Of a stretch of DNA of 64,000 nucleotides, positions 40,200-49,716 are shown one piece after another. Under the pieces are notes generated by a model, which had not been told where the DNA came from, made no database searches, and saw only the letters and a list, made by a program, of their open reading frames with translations. The DNA comes from an uncultured Gammaproteobacteria bacterium (lineage in GTDB: Bacteria; Pseudomonadota; Gammaproteobacteria; UBA9214). The stretch covers positions 320,001-384,000 of the forward strand of contig CAVVHS010000006.1 in NCBI GenBank assembly GCA_963748215.1. Reading direction: 5' to 3'. Made by a program: the position numbers and the translations under genes. Within the stretch, counting starts at the first letter, position 1; every line of letters starts with the position of its first letter.

Positions 40200-40523
40200 A
40201 TGATTCTGAACGTGGTGGTGGAGGAACAGGTCTATCCGGTCAAGGTGCCGGATATGCTGATCAACGAGGCAGGTGACTTCTTCGACAAGATGGATGCCGA
40301 CATGGATAAGGGCTGGCAGATGAGTCGCGACTGGGTGGATAACCCGACCCTGGAACAACGCTGCCAGATCGTCGGTGACAAGATGCTCACCGCCATGCAC
40401 CAGGACAACAAGAAGATGCTGCTGCTGCTGTCCGCCTACATCCTCGCGCGGGCGCCGGGCGTGACCGGCATCCGTATCGATAGCAATGGCGAGATGCTGG
40501 AAACCGAGCTGGTGACGGACTGA
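40200..40523 (+). CDS. Hypothetical protein
   Basis: 107 aa with host-like codon usage; 'FFDKMDADMDKGWQMSRDWV'. Confidence 0.7.
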   Translation: MILNVVVEEQVYPVKVPDMLINEAGDFFDKMDADMDKGWQMSRDWVDNPTLEQRCQIVGDKMLTAMHQDNKKMLLLLSAYILARAPGVTGIRIDSNGEMLETELVTD

Positions 40524-40550
40524 GTGCACTGACTGCCGCGTAGACTGCCC

Positions 40551-40934
40551 ATGGCCGACCTGTTTTCCGTTACCGCGCCCTTACTGATCCGTTATCCCGA
40601 TGGCCACCGGCACATCATGCTGGAACGCTTCGCGTATGGCCCGGGCCATGCCCGTAATAATGGCTCGGCTTCTCCGGCGGGACTGGTCTATTTCCGACCG
40701 TTCTGGGACCGGCTGGGTGAGGAGGGCATTTGCCTGGTGCAGGGCGAACTGCGCGGTGACGGGCCATGGAAGGTCGGTGCCGCGGTGATCACGGTGCTGG
40801 GCTGCCACGGCAGCGATCCCGTCGAGGCTGCCGAGTACGCCGACTGGCTGCTGCATCGCGAGCAGCTCGCCGACAACTACCCGGATCGTGAAACGCTACG
40901 GGACATGGCACGCAGTGCCGGTTACCTGCCCTGA
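40551..40934 (+). CDS. Hypothetical protein
   Basis: 127 aa, co-directional with the previous gene; 'GDGPWKVG', 'LGCHG'. Confidence 0.6.
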   Translation: MADLFSVTAPLLIRYPDGHRHIMLERFAYGPGHARNNGSASPAGLVYFRPFWDRLGEEGICLVQGELRGDGPWKVGAAVITVLGCHGSDPVEAAEYADWLLHREQLADNYPDRETLRDMARSAGYLP

Positions 40935-41377
40935 GCGGTGCTGCCGCCGAACCGCTTGCTCATTTTCACGTGGGCGATACGGTTGAACAGCGTGTGTCCG
41001 GCGCCATCCACCGCATAACCCTGCTTGCGATAGAAGCCAAGCGCGGTTTCCCGTGCATCCAGTACGATGCGTGCGGCGCCCAGTGCGCACGCCCTGTGCT
41101 CGAGCGCATGGAGCAGCCGGCTGCCGAGACCGCTGCGCTGCTGCGCTACCTCGACCGCCATGAAGCGGATCTGCGCCTCGCGGATGGTGTTGAAATGCAG
41201 GCGTCCCACGGCCAGCGGCTTGCCGCCGTCATCGACCAGCATGAGATGGGTGCTGCCGGCATCCTGCGCATCGCACTCGCTGCCGCGTGGCTGGTCCCAG
41301 GGCGCGCGCAGGATGCGCCAGCGCAGGTCGTAGTATCGCCGGTACTCGTCGGCGCTGGTCGGCTCGATGAGGCGCAT
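40922..41377 (-). CDS. GNAT-family acetyltransferase
   Basis: 'AQIRFMAV..QQRSGLGSRLL', 'DARETALGFYRKQGY'. Confidence 0.85.
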   Translation of the reverse strand: MRLIEPTSADEYRRYYDLRWRILRAPWDQPRGSECDAQDAGSTHLMLVDDGGKPLAVGRLHFNTIREAQIRFMAVEVAQQRSGLGSRLLHALEHRACALGAARIVLDARETALGFYRKQGYAVDGAGHTLFNRIAHVKMSKRFGGSTAQGR

Positions 41378-41397
41378 GCCGGGCCGGGTGCGGTTGC

Positions 41398-42009
41398 TCA
41401 GGCGAACACGACCCAGGTAGTGGCGATGTACTTGACGCCCTGCTCGAGTCTGGCGCCACGGTGTTCGTGGGTCCAGAACGGCGGAAACAGCAGCAGCTTG
41501 CCGGCCTCGGGCTGAATCTGGACGTCCTGGCAGGAAAACTCGGTGGCCCCGCCGGGGCCGGGCACATCGTTCAGGTACCAGACCGCCACCAGCTGGCGCT
41601 GGCTGAAATCGTGGCTGCCGCCGTCGATGTGCCAGTGATAGAACTCGCCGGGCAGGGTGCGCTGGATGGCATAGCCGCTGTCCTTGAATGGGCCGCCGAA
41701 AAAGGGATAGGCATTGCGGAATTCCTGGATGGCCCGTCCCAGCGACCGAAACAGCTCGCGATCGATGTCCTGCCAGTGTTCCTTGCCGCTGACCACCAGG
41801 TCGGTCGAGCGCTTGATGTCGCGTTCCTGCTGCACGGTCTGGCCGACGCGGCCGGGATACTGTTCATCCGTGCGTTCCTCGAAGCGGCGGATCATCTCGT
41901 TGCATATGTCGAGCGGCAATGCGCGTGGCTTCTCGAAGATGAAACTCAGCGGCTTTACCTCGCGGAGAGTGGTCAGTGGCGCGGTCGGTGCCGTAGCGGA
42001 TTGTTTCAT
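41398..42009 (-). CDS. 2OG-Fe(II) oxygenase (prolyl-4-hydroxylase-like)
   Basis: 'YHWHID', 'VWYLND', 'GGATEF', 'LFPPFWTHEHRG', 'KY'. Confidence 0.82.
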   Translation of the reverse strand: MKQSATAPTAPLTTLREVKPLSFIFEKPRALPLDICNEMIRRFEERTDEQYPGRVGQTVQQERDIKRSTDLVVSGKEHWQDIDRELFRSLGRAIQEFRNAYPFFGGPFKDSGYAIQRTLPGEFYHWHIDGGSHDFSQRQLVAVWYLNDVPGPGGATEFSCQDVQIQPEAGKLLLFPPFWTHEHRGARLEQGVKYIATTWVVFA

Positions 42010-42029
42010 GACAGTCGGTGTCTGCGTGG

Positions 42030-43115
42030 TCAGAGCTGGTTCGATTCGATGGTGGCGATGAGTTGCTGCCGGCACCCGGTGCCTTGCCGGTCGAACAGGT
42101 CAAGCAGCTCGCCGGCCAGTGTCGTCCAGTGCGCCGCCGAGCGGTCAGAGAGTTGCTCGAGTTCACGGGTATTCCCGGTAATCGTCCAGATCTCGTAGGC
42201 GGCGAGCAGTTGCGGAAACAGTTCCTTGCGCATGCTGGACAGGCTGCCGATGTAGCAATGCAGTGTCGCCGGGTTGTTCTCCGCCAGCAGGCCGGGCAGC
42301 GTCGAAAGCGCGTCCGCCAGGTGATCGCGCACGGCGCGCAGCATGATCTCCTCCCTGCTGTGGCCGAGTCTCACCAGCATGTCTTCCCAGCCGGGACCGA
42401 GCAGTTTGCCGGCCTGCACCTCGCCGATCTCGTGCAGCATCACCGTGTTCAGCTCGCTGTCGGTCATCGCCTCGAGCGATTCGTCCGGTGCGTTCTCGAA
42501 GTCATAGCACTCGAGGGCGTGCTGCATGGCATTGGCCGGGCGGTTCCAGCGCCATTCCTCGAGTCGTTCCCACAGCATCCTGCGCAGCGACTCGCGACGG
42601 ATGAAGATGGTGCCGTCCAGGCTCATGGCCGGCGGCGCAGCGAGGTCGCGCGCCAGCTCCCGGCCGGATACCAGCAACTGGTAATCATCACGTTGCCGGT
42701 GGACCTCGAGCGTGCCCATGAAGAACACCGGCTTCATGCCGGGACCGTAGCCGCTGCTGTAGACATACCCGAGCGGATTCAGCACGGCATTGATCGCGGC
42801 GCTATCGAAAGGACTGAAGCGTTCATTGCCGACCGGTATATTCTCGAAGCGGCTGTGCTCGAGGCTGTCCCAGTGCGTCTCGCGCCGGGTCAGCCAGTCG
42901 GTCAGCTGGTCGTGCGGCAAGGCGGCCCCGAACGGCAGGCCGTGTTCCCAGCGAAAGTACTCGCGCATCTTGAGCAGGTAGACGCACAGGGTGTAGTTGG
43001 TGGCGAATTGCGCATCGGAGATATGGCAGTTGGTGCGCACAGCACCGAGCGTCGGCATCAGTGCGCTGATGTCGGCTGCTGCTGCGAATGGACTGGGTCT
43101 GCCGTTGGTCTTCAC
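42030..43115 (-). CDS. Conserved hypothetical protein (Sfum_1244-like family)
   Basis: 'VRTNCHISDA', 'YTLCVYLLKMREYFRWE', 'MLHEIGE', 'RAVRDHLAD'. Family name is from recall. Confidence 0.65.
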   Translation of the reverse strand: MKTNGRPSPFAAAADISALMPTLGAVRTNCHISDAQFATNYTLCVYLLKMREYFRWEHGLPFGAALPHDQLTDWLTRRETHWDSLEHSRFENIPVGNERFSPFDSAAINAVLNPLGYVYSSGYGPGMKPVFFMGTLEVHRQRDDYQLLVSGRELARDLAAPPAMSLDGTIFIRRESLRRMLWERLEEWRWNRPANAMQHALECYDFENAPDESLEAMTDSELNTVMLHEIGEVQAGKLLGPGWEDMLVRLGHSREEIMLRAVRDHLADALSTLPGLLAENNPATLHCYIGSLSSMRKELFPQLLAAYEIWTITGNTRELEQLSDRSAAHWTTLAGELLDLFDRQGTGCRQQLIATIESNQL

Positions 43116-43221
43116 ACTCGTTACCCTGATAATTCCGCTGTTTTTTCTATGCTAGCATGTGACATTATGCCTCGCCATTATCATCGTCTGGCAGCCAGGA
43201 CGGGGCGGCAGGAGAGCCGGT

Positions 43222-43779
43222 GTGAGAGTCAAGAGCAAGTGGAATATCAAGGAACGGGAACGCAGTCTGGCCGAGATCGGCGGCGCGGCAGCGTTTATCC
43301 TGTGGCGCATTGCGCAGCAGGGTACGCTCAACCTCGAGAACGAGGGCTTCCAGACCGACACCAACGCCCAGCGCCTGGATATCATCGCGGAGTTTGTGGC
43401 TTTTCTGGTGCACATGGCCGACCGGCTGAAGGCCACGGAGCTGGACCAGACGCAACGCCAGGAATTCATCACTTCGCTGGCGCGTCACCTGGCGGACCAG
43501 GTGCAGGACAACCGTACCGATGCGCAGGGCAAGGGAGAATACCGGCAGGCGTTTATCGAACTGCTCAACTCACGTACCGCGGACTACGCCGAATTTACCA
43601 TGGTGGATGGCGAGCCCGGCTACGCCCTGAAACGCTACTTCGGGGAGAACGTGCGCGCCGTGATGGGCGAGAAGGACAACAAGTGGATCACCGACCAGGT
43701 GATGGAAATCGAGTTGCCCGAGGCGATGACACCGCTGCGCAAGGCGCTGCGCGAGCTGTTTGCGCGCCCGGAGACATAA
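43222..43779 (+). CDS. Conserved hypothetical protein
   Basis: GTG start after an AGGAGA RBS; helical protein; terminator follows. Confidence 0.7.
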   Translation: MRVKSKWNIKERERSLAEIGGAAAFILWRIAQQGTLNLENEGFQTDTNAQRLDIIAEFVAFLVHMADRLKATELDQTQRQEFITSLARHLADQVQDNRTDAQGKGEYRQAFIELLNSRTADYAEFTMVDGEPGYALKRYFGENVRAVMGEKDNKWITDQVMEIELPEAMTPLRKALRELFARPET

Positions 43780-43806
43780 AAAAAGGCGGGGCAGGCCCGC
43801 CTTTTT
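43778..43806. terminator. Bidirectional intrinsic terminator
   Basis: AAAAAAAGGCGGG-GCAGG-CCCGCCTTTTT between convergent genes. Confidence 0.85.
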
Positions 43807-43825
43807 CAGTTCGACCCCGCGGGGT

Positions 43826-44020
43826 CTATTTTTTCCACTCGCCGAAGTTGTCGGCGTTGTGCGCCTTGCCGTCTTCGTAGCCGGCGGAGTAGGCGTCGGT
43901 GACACGCTGCTCTTCACGCTCCGGGTTCAGCAGGTAACCGCCCTGCCAGCCCTGGATGTAATCCGGGTCGACGCCATTTTCTTCCATCTTGGTGACTGCG
44001 TTGTAGTATTCCTGGTTCAT
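43826..44020 (-). CDS. Alvin_2107-like small protein (sulfur-globule-oxidation-associated family)
   Basis: 64 aa 'YIQGWQGGYLLNPEREEQRVTDAYSAGYEDGK', GAGGA RBS. Family name is from recall. Confidence 0.65.
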   Translation of the reverse strand: MNQEYYNAVTKMEENGVDPDYIQGWQGGYLLNPEREEQRVTDAYSAGYEDGKAHNADNFGEWKK

Positions 44021-44078
44021 CGTTGCTTCCTCGTCTCGGTCTATGTTTGGGTTGAAAGGGTTGCCGCCGCGCGCCTGT

Positions 44079-45209
44079 TCAGCCGCGTGCCGCCGTAAAG
44101 TGTGACAGTGCTGCCCCCGAATCGATTGCCGCTGCTACCGCTGCCGCCGCGTCCTCGAGGGTGGCGTGGCGGCGCAGGTGATGCAGCATGATGGCGGCGC
44201 CGTAGACCAGGCTGTCACGTGCCGCGCCCGGTATTCCCTGCAGTGCGGACAGGCCGGCCGCTGCCGCAGCCTGCGCCGCTGCCGCGCTGTCGAATGCTGC
44301 TGTGTCACTGCCTTCGATGGTGTCCGGTGCATTGTCCTGCGGGAGCGGGACAGTGCGGGTCTGCTGCACGATACCGATCATTTCGGGGTGTACTTCCTGC
44401 GGGTATTCCGCGCCGCCGTCATGATAGCAGAATACCAATGCCGGTTGTTTCAGCGAGGGAATGACGCCGCCCTCGACGCCGCGAATGATGGCCGCCGAGG
44501 CGAAGCCGGCGTGGCGCGCCAGCTGCGCATAGACCGGCGGATAGGCCTTGTGCACATAGCCGGTCATCAGATGGGTACGTGCGGCACCGCGCACCGGTCC
44601 GGTCAGCGTTTCGACCGTGGTCAGGACCGGTCGCTTCACGATGCGGGTGCGCAGCGGGATCAGGTCATGCAGGCGGGGCGCGGAGTGCTTCTGGTCCACG
44701 TAGCCCCAGCCGATGGCGGGGTCGGCGATCCGGGCGGCAGCCTGTTGCGGGGAGAGGTCGACCTCGACGCCGGCGGCACGCAGTACCTTGCGGTGCGTGA
44801 CGCCATACTTCGGGCCGACGGCTTCCAGGCCGTGCGTGACGGCCGGTACACCGCAGGCGGCAAATACAGCCGGCAGGAAGGGCGACATCGGCAGTCCACG
44901 CGTGTAACCGTCATAGGGATCGGCCACGTCGATGAGTTCGTCGACGGCGGCGGTGACCGGGTTCATGGTGTCGAGAATGGCCTGCAGTACGCCGGCGTTC
45001 TCCGCGTCGGTCTCGCGCTTCATGCGCAGGGCGATCAGCAGCACGGCCGCCTGAACCGGATCCGATTTTCCTTCCAGGATGTGACGCATGGCGGCATAGG
45101 CCTCATCGAAGGGCAGGTCCTTGCTGAACTCCGGGCCGGTCGCCACCTTCTGGATGCAGCTACGCATCAACAGGTCGGTGTCGCTCCCGCTTATCATCCG
45201 TGCCGCCAT
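44079..45209 (-). CDS. Anthranilate phosphoribosyltransferase-like protein (TrpD2/YbiB-like)
   Basis: 'LIALRMKRET..E', 'GYVHKAY', 'RGVEGG'; lacks the TrpD PRPP-binding GTGGD motif. Confidence 0.75.
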   Translation of the reverse strand: MAARMISGSDTDLLMRSCIQKVATGPEFSKDLPFDEAYAAMRHILEGKSDPVQAAVLLIALRMKRETDAENAGVLQAILDTMNPVTAAVDELIDVADPYDGYTRGLPMSPFLPAVFAACGVPAVTHGLEAVGPKYGVTHRKVLRAAGVEVDLSPQQAAARIADPAIGWGYVDQKHSAPRLHDLIPLRTRIVKRPVLTTVETLTGPVRGAARTHLMTGYVHKAYPPVYAQLARHAGFASAAIIRGVEGGVIPSLKQPALVFCYHDGGAEYPQEVHPEMIGIVQQTRTVPLPQDNAPDTIEGSDTAAFDSAAAAQAAAAAGLSALQGIPGAARDSLVYGAAIMLHHLRRHATLEDAAAAVAAAIDSGAALSHFTAARG

Positions 45210-45451
45210 AATACTTCGCTAGCTTGTTGTTTCAATTGGATTTACAGTCGAGTCGAGGAGTATACAGGAGGGTAAATTGACCCCGTATATCCCGATGGAG
45301 AGAGTAATGGCAGTCCTGAGTTGCGTTGTATCCATATGAAAATCGTAGACATTCTCTCTTTAGAGGTATTCGATACCGAGCTGCGAATGACTAGCATAGA
45401 CACTCTCTCATCCCGGTGCGTCCGGGAAATCCACGACCCAAGAGGCAGTGC

Positions 45452-45886
45452 ATGGCAGACGAGCTGAACAGTTCCGACTATAGCAGTGGAGTGGCCGCAT
45501 TCGAGGCCAAGAATTTTTCCCAGGCGATGCGGCTGCTGTCGCCGCTGGCGGATGCCGGCGATGCCGATGCGCAGCACCGCGTGGCGATCATGTGCCAGAA
45601 CGGTCTCGGCATGGTGCGTAACGAACTCCGCGCCTACAAGATGATGAAGGCCGCTGCCGAGCAGGGTTACGCGATCGCCCAGCACGGTCTCGGCTTCATG
45701 TACCTGGAGGGCGAGTGCGTCGAGCAGGACAGTGCCAGGGCGGCCGAGTGGTTTCGCAAGGCGGCCGACCAGGGGCTGGCGGGTTCGCTCACGACCCTGG
45801 CCCTGATGTACGAACAGGGTAACGGTGTCGAGAAAGACCCGGATGAGGCGAAGCGGCTCTATGCCAGGGCCGGGTTTGACCTCTGA
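45452..45886 (+). CDS. Sel1-repeat protein
   Basis: 'AAEQGYAIAQHGLGFMYLEG', 'WFRKAADQG', 'MYEQGNGV'. Confidence 0.88.
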   Translation: MADELNSSDYSSGVAAFEAKNFSQAMRLLSPLADAGDADAQHRVAIMCQNGLGMVRNELRAYKMMKAAAEQGYAIAQHGLGFMYLEGECVEQDSARAAEWFRKAADQGLAGSLTTLALMYEQGNGVEKDPDEAKRLYARAGFDL

Positions 45887-45916
45887 CGCGGCCGCTTGCT
45901 GAGCGGAGCGGCCTAC

Positions 45917-47050
45917 ATGGACCTGACGGCGGAAGACGACCTGCGGGTGAACGTACTGCTGGCCGGCACGCTCAAGGCCGTGCGCATCGACGAATCCAAG
46001 ATGACGCTGCATGCGCTGTCCGACAAGGGTGAAGCGAAGATCCAGCTGAATCCGAACTGTCGCGACGAATCCTACCTGCGGCGCGTGCGTGAGACCCTGT
46101 CCAGCCACGTGCTGGGTTCGCCGGGCGGATACCCGGTTTACCTGAAGCGCTGGACGCGCATGGGCCAGGCGCGTGACAGCATCCTCGAATCGCTGTTGCT
46201 GCTGGGCGAGCCCGAGGCGGTGGTGGCCGTGGTCAATGCACCGGGTATTACCGATGAAATCGCCAGTCGCGCCTGGTGGGCGTCGCAGAATTCCGAGAAC
46301 GCGCGCTGCATGCTGCGCCAGGAGGCGGTGATGGAGGGGCGCATGGGGCCGGTACTGGCGCAGTTTCTGCTCGAATTCCTGCCGTTCGAGGAAGAGGCGC
46401 GGGATCAGATCCGCTCGGTGCAGCTGGTGCTGCAGGGGGAGCTGATCGATGCCGCGGAACGGCAGTGCCTGTGGGAAAAGGGCAAACACCGCAACGCGTT
46501 CCACGTCGGCTTCCTGCAGGCCCTGCCTGATGATCTGCCGGACGAACAGGCGCCCGGCCCGGCCTGGGAGCAGGTGGGACGGGCAGTAGCGGCTCTCATG
46601 CCGGTGGGCAATCCGTTCGCCATGCAGTTGTGCCGCCTGCTTGGCCCGGCGGGTCAGGCGTTTCTTGCCACTGTCGAGAGTGTGCTGAAGAAACCGTCCA
46701 ATCAGGACGTCGTGGTCGAGTTGATGCACGCACTGGCAGCCCATGCGCGCGACCTGCCTGTCCCGCGAACGCGATTCACCCGTGTCGATGAAATCAGCGC
46801 GGTCGTGGATCAACTGCTCGCCGCTGCCGGGCAGGGCGATCCCGCATGGCGGGATCTCGCGGACGTATTGCAGGAATTGCCAGGCAATGTGCATCATATC
46901 CGTGCGATGCTGTTTCTTGGACTGCTGGATGAGCCGCTGCTCGATCCGGTGTTCGCGGGGACCGACGCGATCGGTTCGGTCATGCGCAAGAAGCTCGAAC
47001 CGGTCACCGGGCCCATGCTGCAGCAGATCGCAGTTCTCAGGGGTTTGTAA
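45917..47050 (+). CDS. dsrS: DsrS
   Basis: 'EDDLRVNVLL', 'VRIDESKM', 'HVLGSPGGYPVYLKRWTRMGQ', 'DAIGSVMRKKL'; recognised as DsrS-like. Confidence 0.8.
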   Translation: MDLTAEDDLRVNVLLAGTLKAVRIDESKMTLHALSDKGEAKIQLNPNCRDESYLRRVRETLSSHVLGSPGGYPVYLKRWTRMGQARDSILESLLLLGEPEAVVAVVNAPGITDEIASRAWWASQNSENARCMLRQEAVMEGRMGPVLAQFLLEFLPFEEEARDQIRSVQLVLQGELIDAAERQCLWEKGKHRNAFHVGFLQALPDDLPDEQAPGPAWEQVGRAVAALMPVGNPFAMQLCRLLGPAGQAFLATVESVLKKPSNQDVVVELMHALAAHARDLPVPRTRFTRVDEISAVVDQLLAAAGQGDPAWRDLADVLQELPGNVHHIRAMLFLGLLDEPLLDPVFAGTDAIGSVMRKKLEPVTGPMLQQIAVLRGL

Positions 47051-47068
47051 TCAACAAGGGAATGCCAG

Positions 47069-47329
47069 ATGGTAGATATACGTATGTACTGCACCGCCTT
47101 TTGTCCCTATTGCGTGCGTGCGGAGATGTTGCTCAAGTCAAAGGGCGTGATGGATATCGACAAGATCTTCATCGACAACATGCCGGACGGGTTCCAGGAA
47201 CTGTCCAGGCTGACCGGGCGCAGGACGGTGCCGCAGATCTACATCGGCGAGCAGCATATCGGTGGCTATGATGATCTCGCCGCGCTGGACAAGCGTGGCG
47301 GGCTGGATCCGCTGCTGGCGACGGACTGA
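47069..47329 (+). CDS. grxC: Glutaredoxin 3
   Basis: CPYC active site, 'TVPQI', 'IGGYDDL'. Confidence 0.9.
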   Translation: MVDIRMYCTAFCPYCVRAEMLLKSKGVMDIDKIFIDNMPDGFQELSRLTGRRTVPQIYIGEQHIGGYDDLAALDKRGGLDPLLATD

Positions 47330-47353
47330 TTCACCGCGCGGACGCAGAACAAC

Positions 47354-48754
47354 ATGGATTACCTGCCGATTTTCCTGAAAGTCAGAGAGCGTCCCTGCCT
47401 GGTGGTGGGGGGAGGCAAGGTGGCCGCGCGCAAGGTGGCCCTGTTGCTCAGGGCCGGCGCCCGTGTCACGGTCGTGTCGCCGGAATCCTGCGCCGAGGTC
47501 GCCTCGCAGACGGCCGGGAGCAACGTGACCTGCGTGGAACGCACGTTCCAGCCGGCTGATATCAGCGGCATGGTGCTGGCGATCGCGGCTACCAACGACG
47601 TGGCGGTCAACCGCCACGTGTATGAGCTGGCCACGCAGCAGGGGATTCCGGTCAACGTGGTCGACAATCCCGCCTTGTGCAGTTTCATCGTGCCCTCGAT
47701 CATCGATCGCTCGCCGGTCCAGGTGGCGGTATCCACCGGCGGGGCGTCGCCGGTGCTGGCGCGCCTGTTGCGGGCCCGCCTGGAGAGTTTCATCCCGTCC
47801 GCCTATGGCAGGCTGGCGCGCCTGGTCGATGAATACCGCCAGCGTGTCAAGCTGCGCTTTCCAGGTGCCGGTCAAAGGCGCTACTTCTGGGAAAGCATCC
47901 TGCAGGGGCGTGTTGCCGAGCTGCTGTTTGCCGGCCAGGAGGACAAGGCGCGCGCGGCCTTGCAGGAGGCCATCGACGACACCAGTGAAAACTACGACAG
48001 CGGCGGCGAGGTCTACCTGGTCGGTGCCGGTCCGGGTGATCCCGACCTGATCACCTTTCGCGCGCTGCGGCTGATGCAACAGGCCGACGTGGTGGTGTAC
48101 GACCGGCTGGTCGCACAGCCGATCCTGGACATGGTGCGACGCGATGCCGACCTGATCTATGCAGGCAAGGAACGTGACAAGCATACGCTTAGCCAGGAAA
48201 GCATCAACGAGCTGCTGGTGCGGCTGGCCAGGGAAGGCAAGCGGGTGCTGCGGCTGAAAGGGGGTGACCCCTTCATCTTCGGGCGCGGCGGCGAGGAGAT
48301 CGAGACCCTGGCGCAGGAGGGGATACCCTTCCAGGTGGTGCCAGGGATTACCGCCGCTTCCGGCTGTGCGTCATATGCCGGTATCCCGCTGACGCACCGC
48401 GACCATGCGCAATCCTGCATCTTCGTGACCGGGCACCTGAAAGATGGCAGTGTCAATCTCGACTGGGAGCGATTGGCGAAACCGTCACAGACCATCGTGT
48501 TCTACATGGGCATGTACAGCATAGCCGCGATCAGCAGGGAGTTGATTGCCCACGGCTTGCCGCCGGATACGCCGGTGGCCCTCGTGCAGCAGGGTACCAC
48601 CCCGCAGCAGCGCGTCTATATCGAGACGCTGGCGTCCCTGCCGAGCCTCGGCGAACGTCACGAGGTCAAGCCACCGACCATCATTATCGTGGGTTCGGTT
48701 GTCAGCCTGCACAGCAAGCTCGAGTGGTTCCGCAGCGCCTCGACGGGGCAATAA
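47354..48754 (+). CDS. cysG: Siroheme synthase CysG
   Basis: 'MDYLPIF', '[11 protein letters not shown]', '[12 protein letters not shown]', plus a C-terminal SUMT domain. Confidence 0.95.
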   Translation: MDYLPIFLKVRERPCLVVGGGKVAARKVALLLRAGARVTVVSPESCAEVASQTAGSNVTCVERTFQPADISGMVLAIAATNDVAVNRHVYELATQQGIPVNVVDNPALCSFIVPSIIDRSPVQVAVSTGGASPVLARLLRARLESFIPSAYGRLARLVDEYRQRVKLRFPGAGQRRYFWESILQGRVAELLFAGQEDKARAALQEAIDDTSENYDSGGEVYLVGAGPGDPDLITFRALRLMQQADVVVYDRLVAQPILDMVRRDADLIYAGKERDKHTLSQESINELLVRLAREGKRVLRLKGGDPFIFGRGGEEIETLAQEGIPFQVVPGITAASGCASYAGIPLTHRDHAQSCIFVTGHLKDGSVNLDWERLAKPSQTIVFYMGMYSIAAISRELIAHGLPPDTPVALVQQGTTPQQRVYIETLASLPSLGERHEVKPPTIIIVGSVVSLHSKLEWFRSASTGQ

Positions 48755-48897
48755 CCTACCAATACTGCATGGTATGGATTCTGCTTTCTGTAGGAATTTT
48801 CCTATTTTCCGTAAATTTCCCGATCGCTAGCCTCACTCGTGTAAAAGTGGTATTAGGGAAAAACAAATAACTTATGGATGATAGAGGAGGGGGGAAG

Positions 48898-49545
48898 ATG
48901 ATCAATGTCATGCTGGTTGATGATCACGGGCTGGTAAGAAACGGTATCAAGCGTATCCTCGACGATGTCGACGGCATTGCCGTCGTTGCCGAGGCGGAAA
49001 ATGGCGAGCAGGCTATCAGGCAGGTGAGAAAGCAACCGCCTGATGTCATCCTCATGGACATCAGTATGCCGGGTATCGGTGGCCTGGAGGCTACCCGAAA
49101 AATCGCGCAGTCCCTGCCGGGTGTCAAGATCATTGCCGTGACGATTCACGATGATGACCCGTTCCCGGCACGCTTGCTGGAAGCCGGGGCGGTCGGTTAT
49201 CTGACCAAGGGTTGCGATGTGCGGGAAATCATCAGCGCGATTCGTTCCGTGCATACCGGCAAGCAGTACATTACACCGGCGGTTGCCCAGAAGCTCGCGC
49301 TGTCCTTTATCAACAATGGTGAGAAATCGCCCATCGACAGGCTGACCCAGCGCGAGACACAGGTCATGCTCATGATTGTGAAAGGCAACACGAACAAGGA
49401 AATCTCGGAAAAGCTCTGCCTGAGCCCCAAGACCACCAGCACCTACCGTTACCGGCTGTTTGACAAGCTGGGCGTGTTCAACGAGGTTGAACTGACACGC
49501 TTCGCCATTCGCTACGGGCTCATCAAGGAAAATATCTCGCATTGA
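48898..49545 (+). CDS. uvrY: GacA/UvrY response regulator
   Basis: 'MPGIGGLEATRK', 'GYLTKG', 'LSPKTTSTYRYRLFDKL'; synteny with uvrC-pgsA. Confidence 0.88.
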   Translation: MINVMLVDDHGLVRNGIKRILDDVDGIAVVAEAENGEQAIRQVRKQPPDVILMDISMPGIGGLEATRKIAQSLPGVKIIAVTIHDDDPFPARLLEAGAVGYLTKGCDVREIISAIRSVHTGKQYITPAVAQKLALSFINNGEKSPIDRLTQRETQVMLMIVKGNTNKEISEKLCLSPKTTSTYRYRLFDKLGVFNEVELTRFAIRYGLIKENISH

Positions 49546-49716
49546 TCGACACATGCCGTGCCGGCAGCCTGACCGGGCTGCCGGCCGACCGATGTGCCTG
49601 TGCACGGATTTGAGACGTTCATCAGAGTCTTGCCGGCTCTCCCTGCTAGGCTGTTCCAGGTTGAGCTTCCCAGTCGTCCTTCGGGAAGCTGAAATTATCC
49701 AGGGCAGGAGTGCGAG

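Noticed and set aside
42018-43880. 620-aa + strand ORF
   Set aside because: It is a shadow frame overlapping two better-supported genes and has no recognisable motifs; such frames are common in GC-rich DNA.
44079-45209. Tryptophan-biosynthetic trpD
   Set aside because: The PRPP-binding GTGGD motif is absent and there is no trp context, so a TrpD2/YbiB-like assignment fits better.
45242-46897. 551-aa minus-strand ORF
   Set aside because: Antisense shadow of the Sel1 gene and dsrS.
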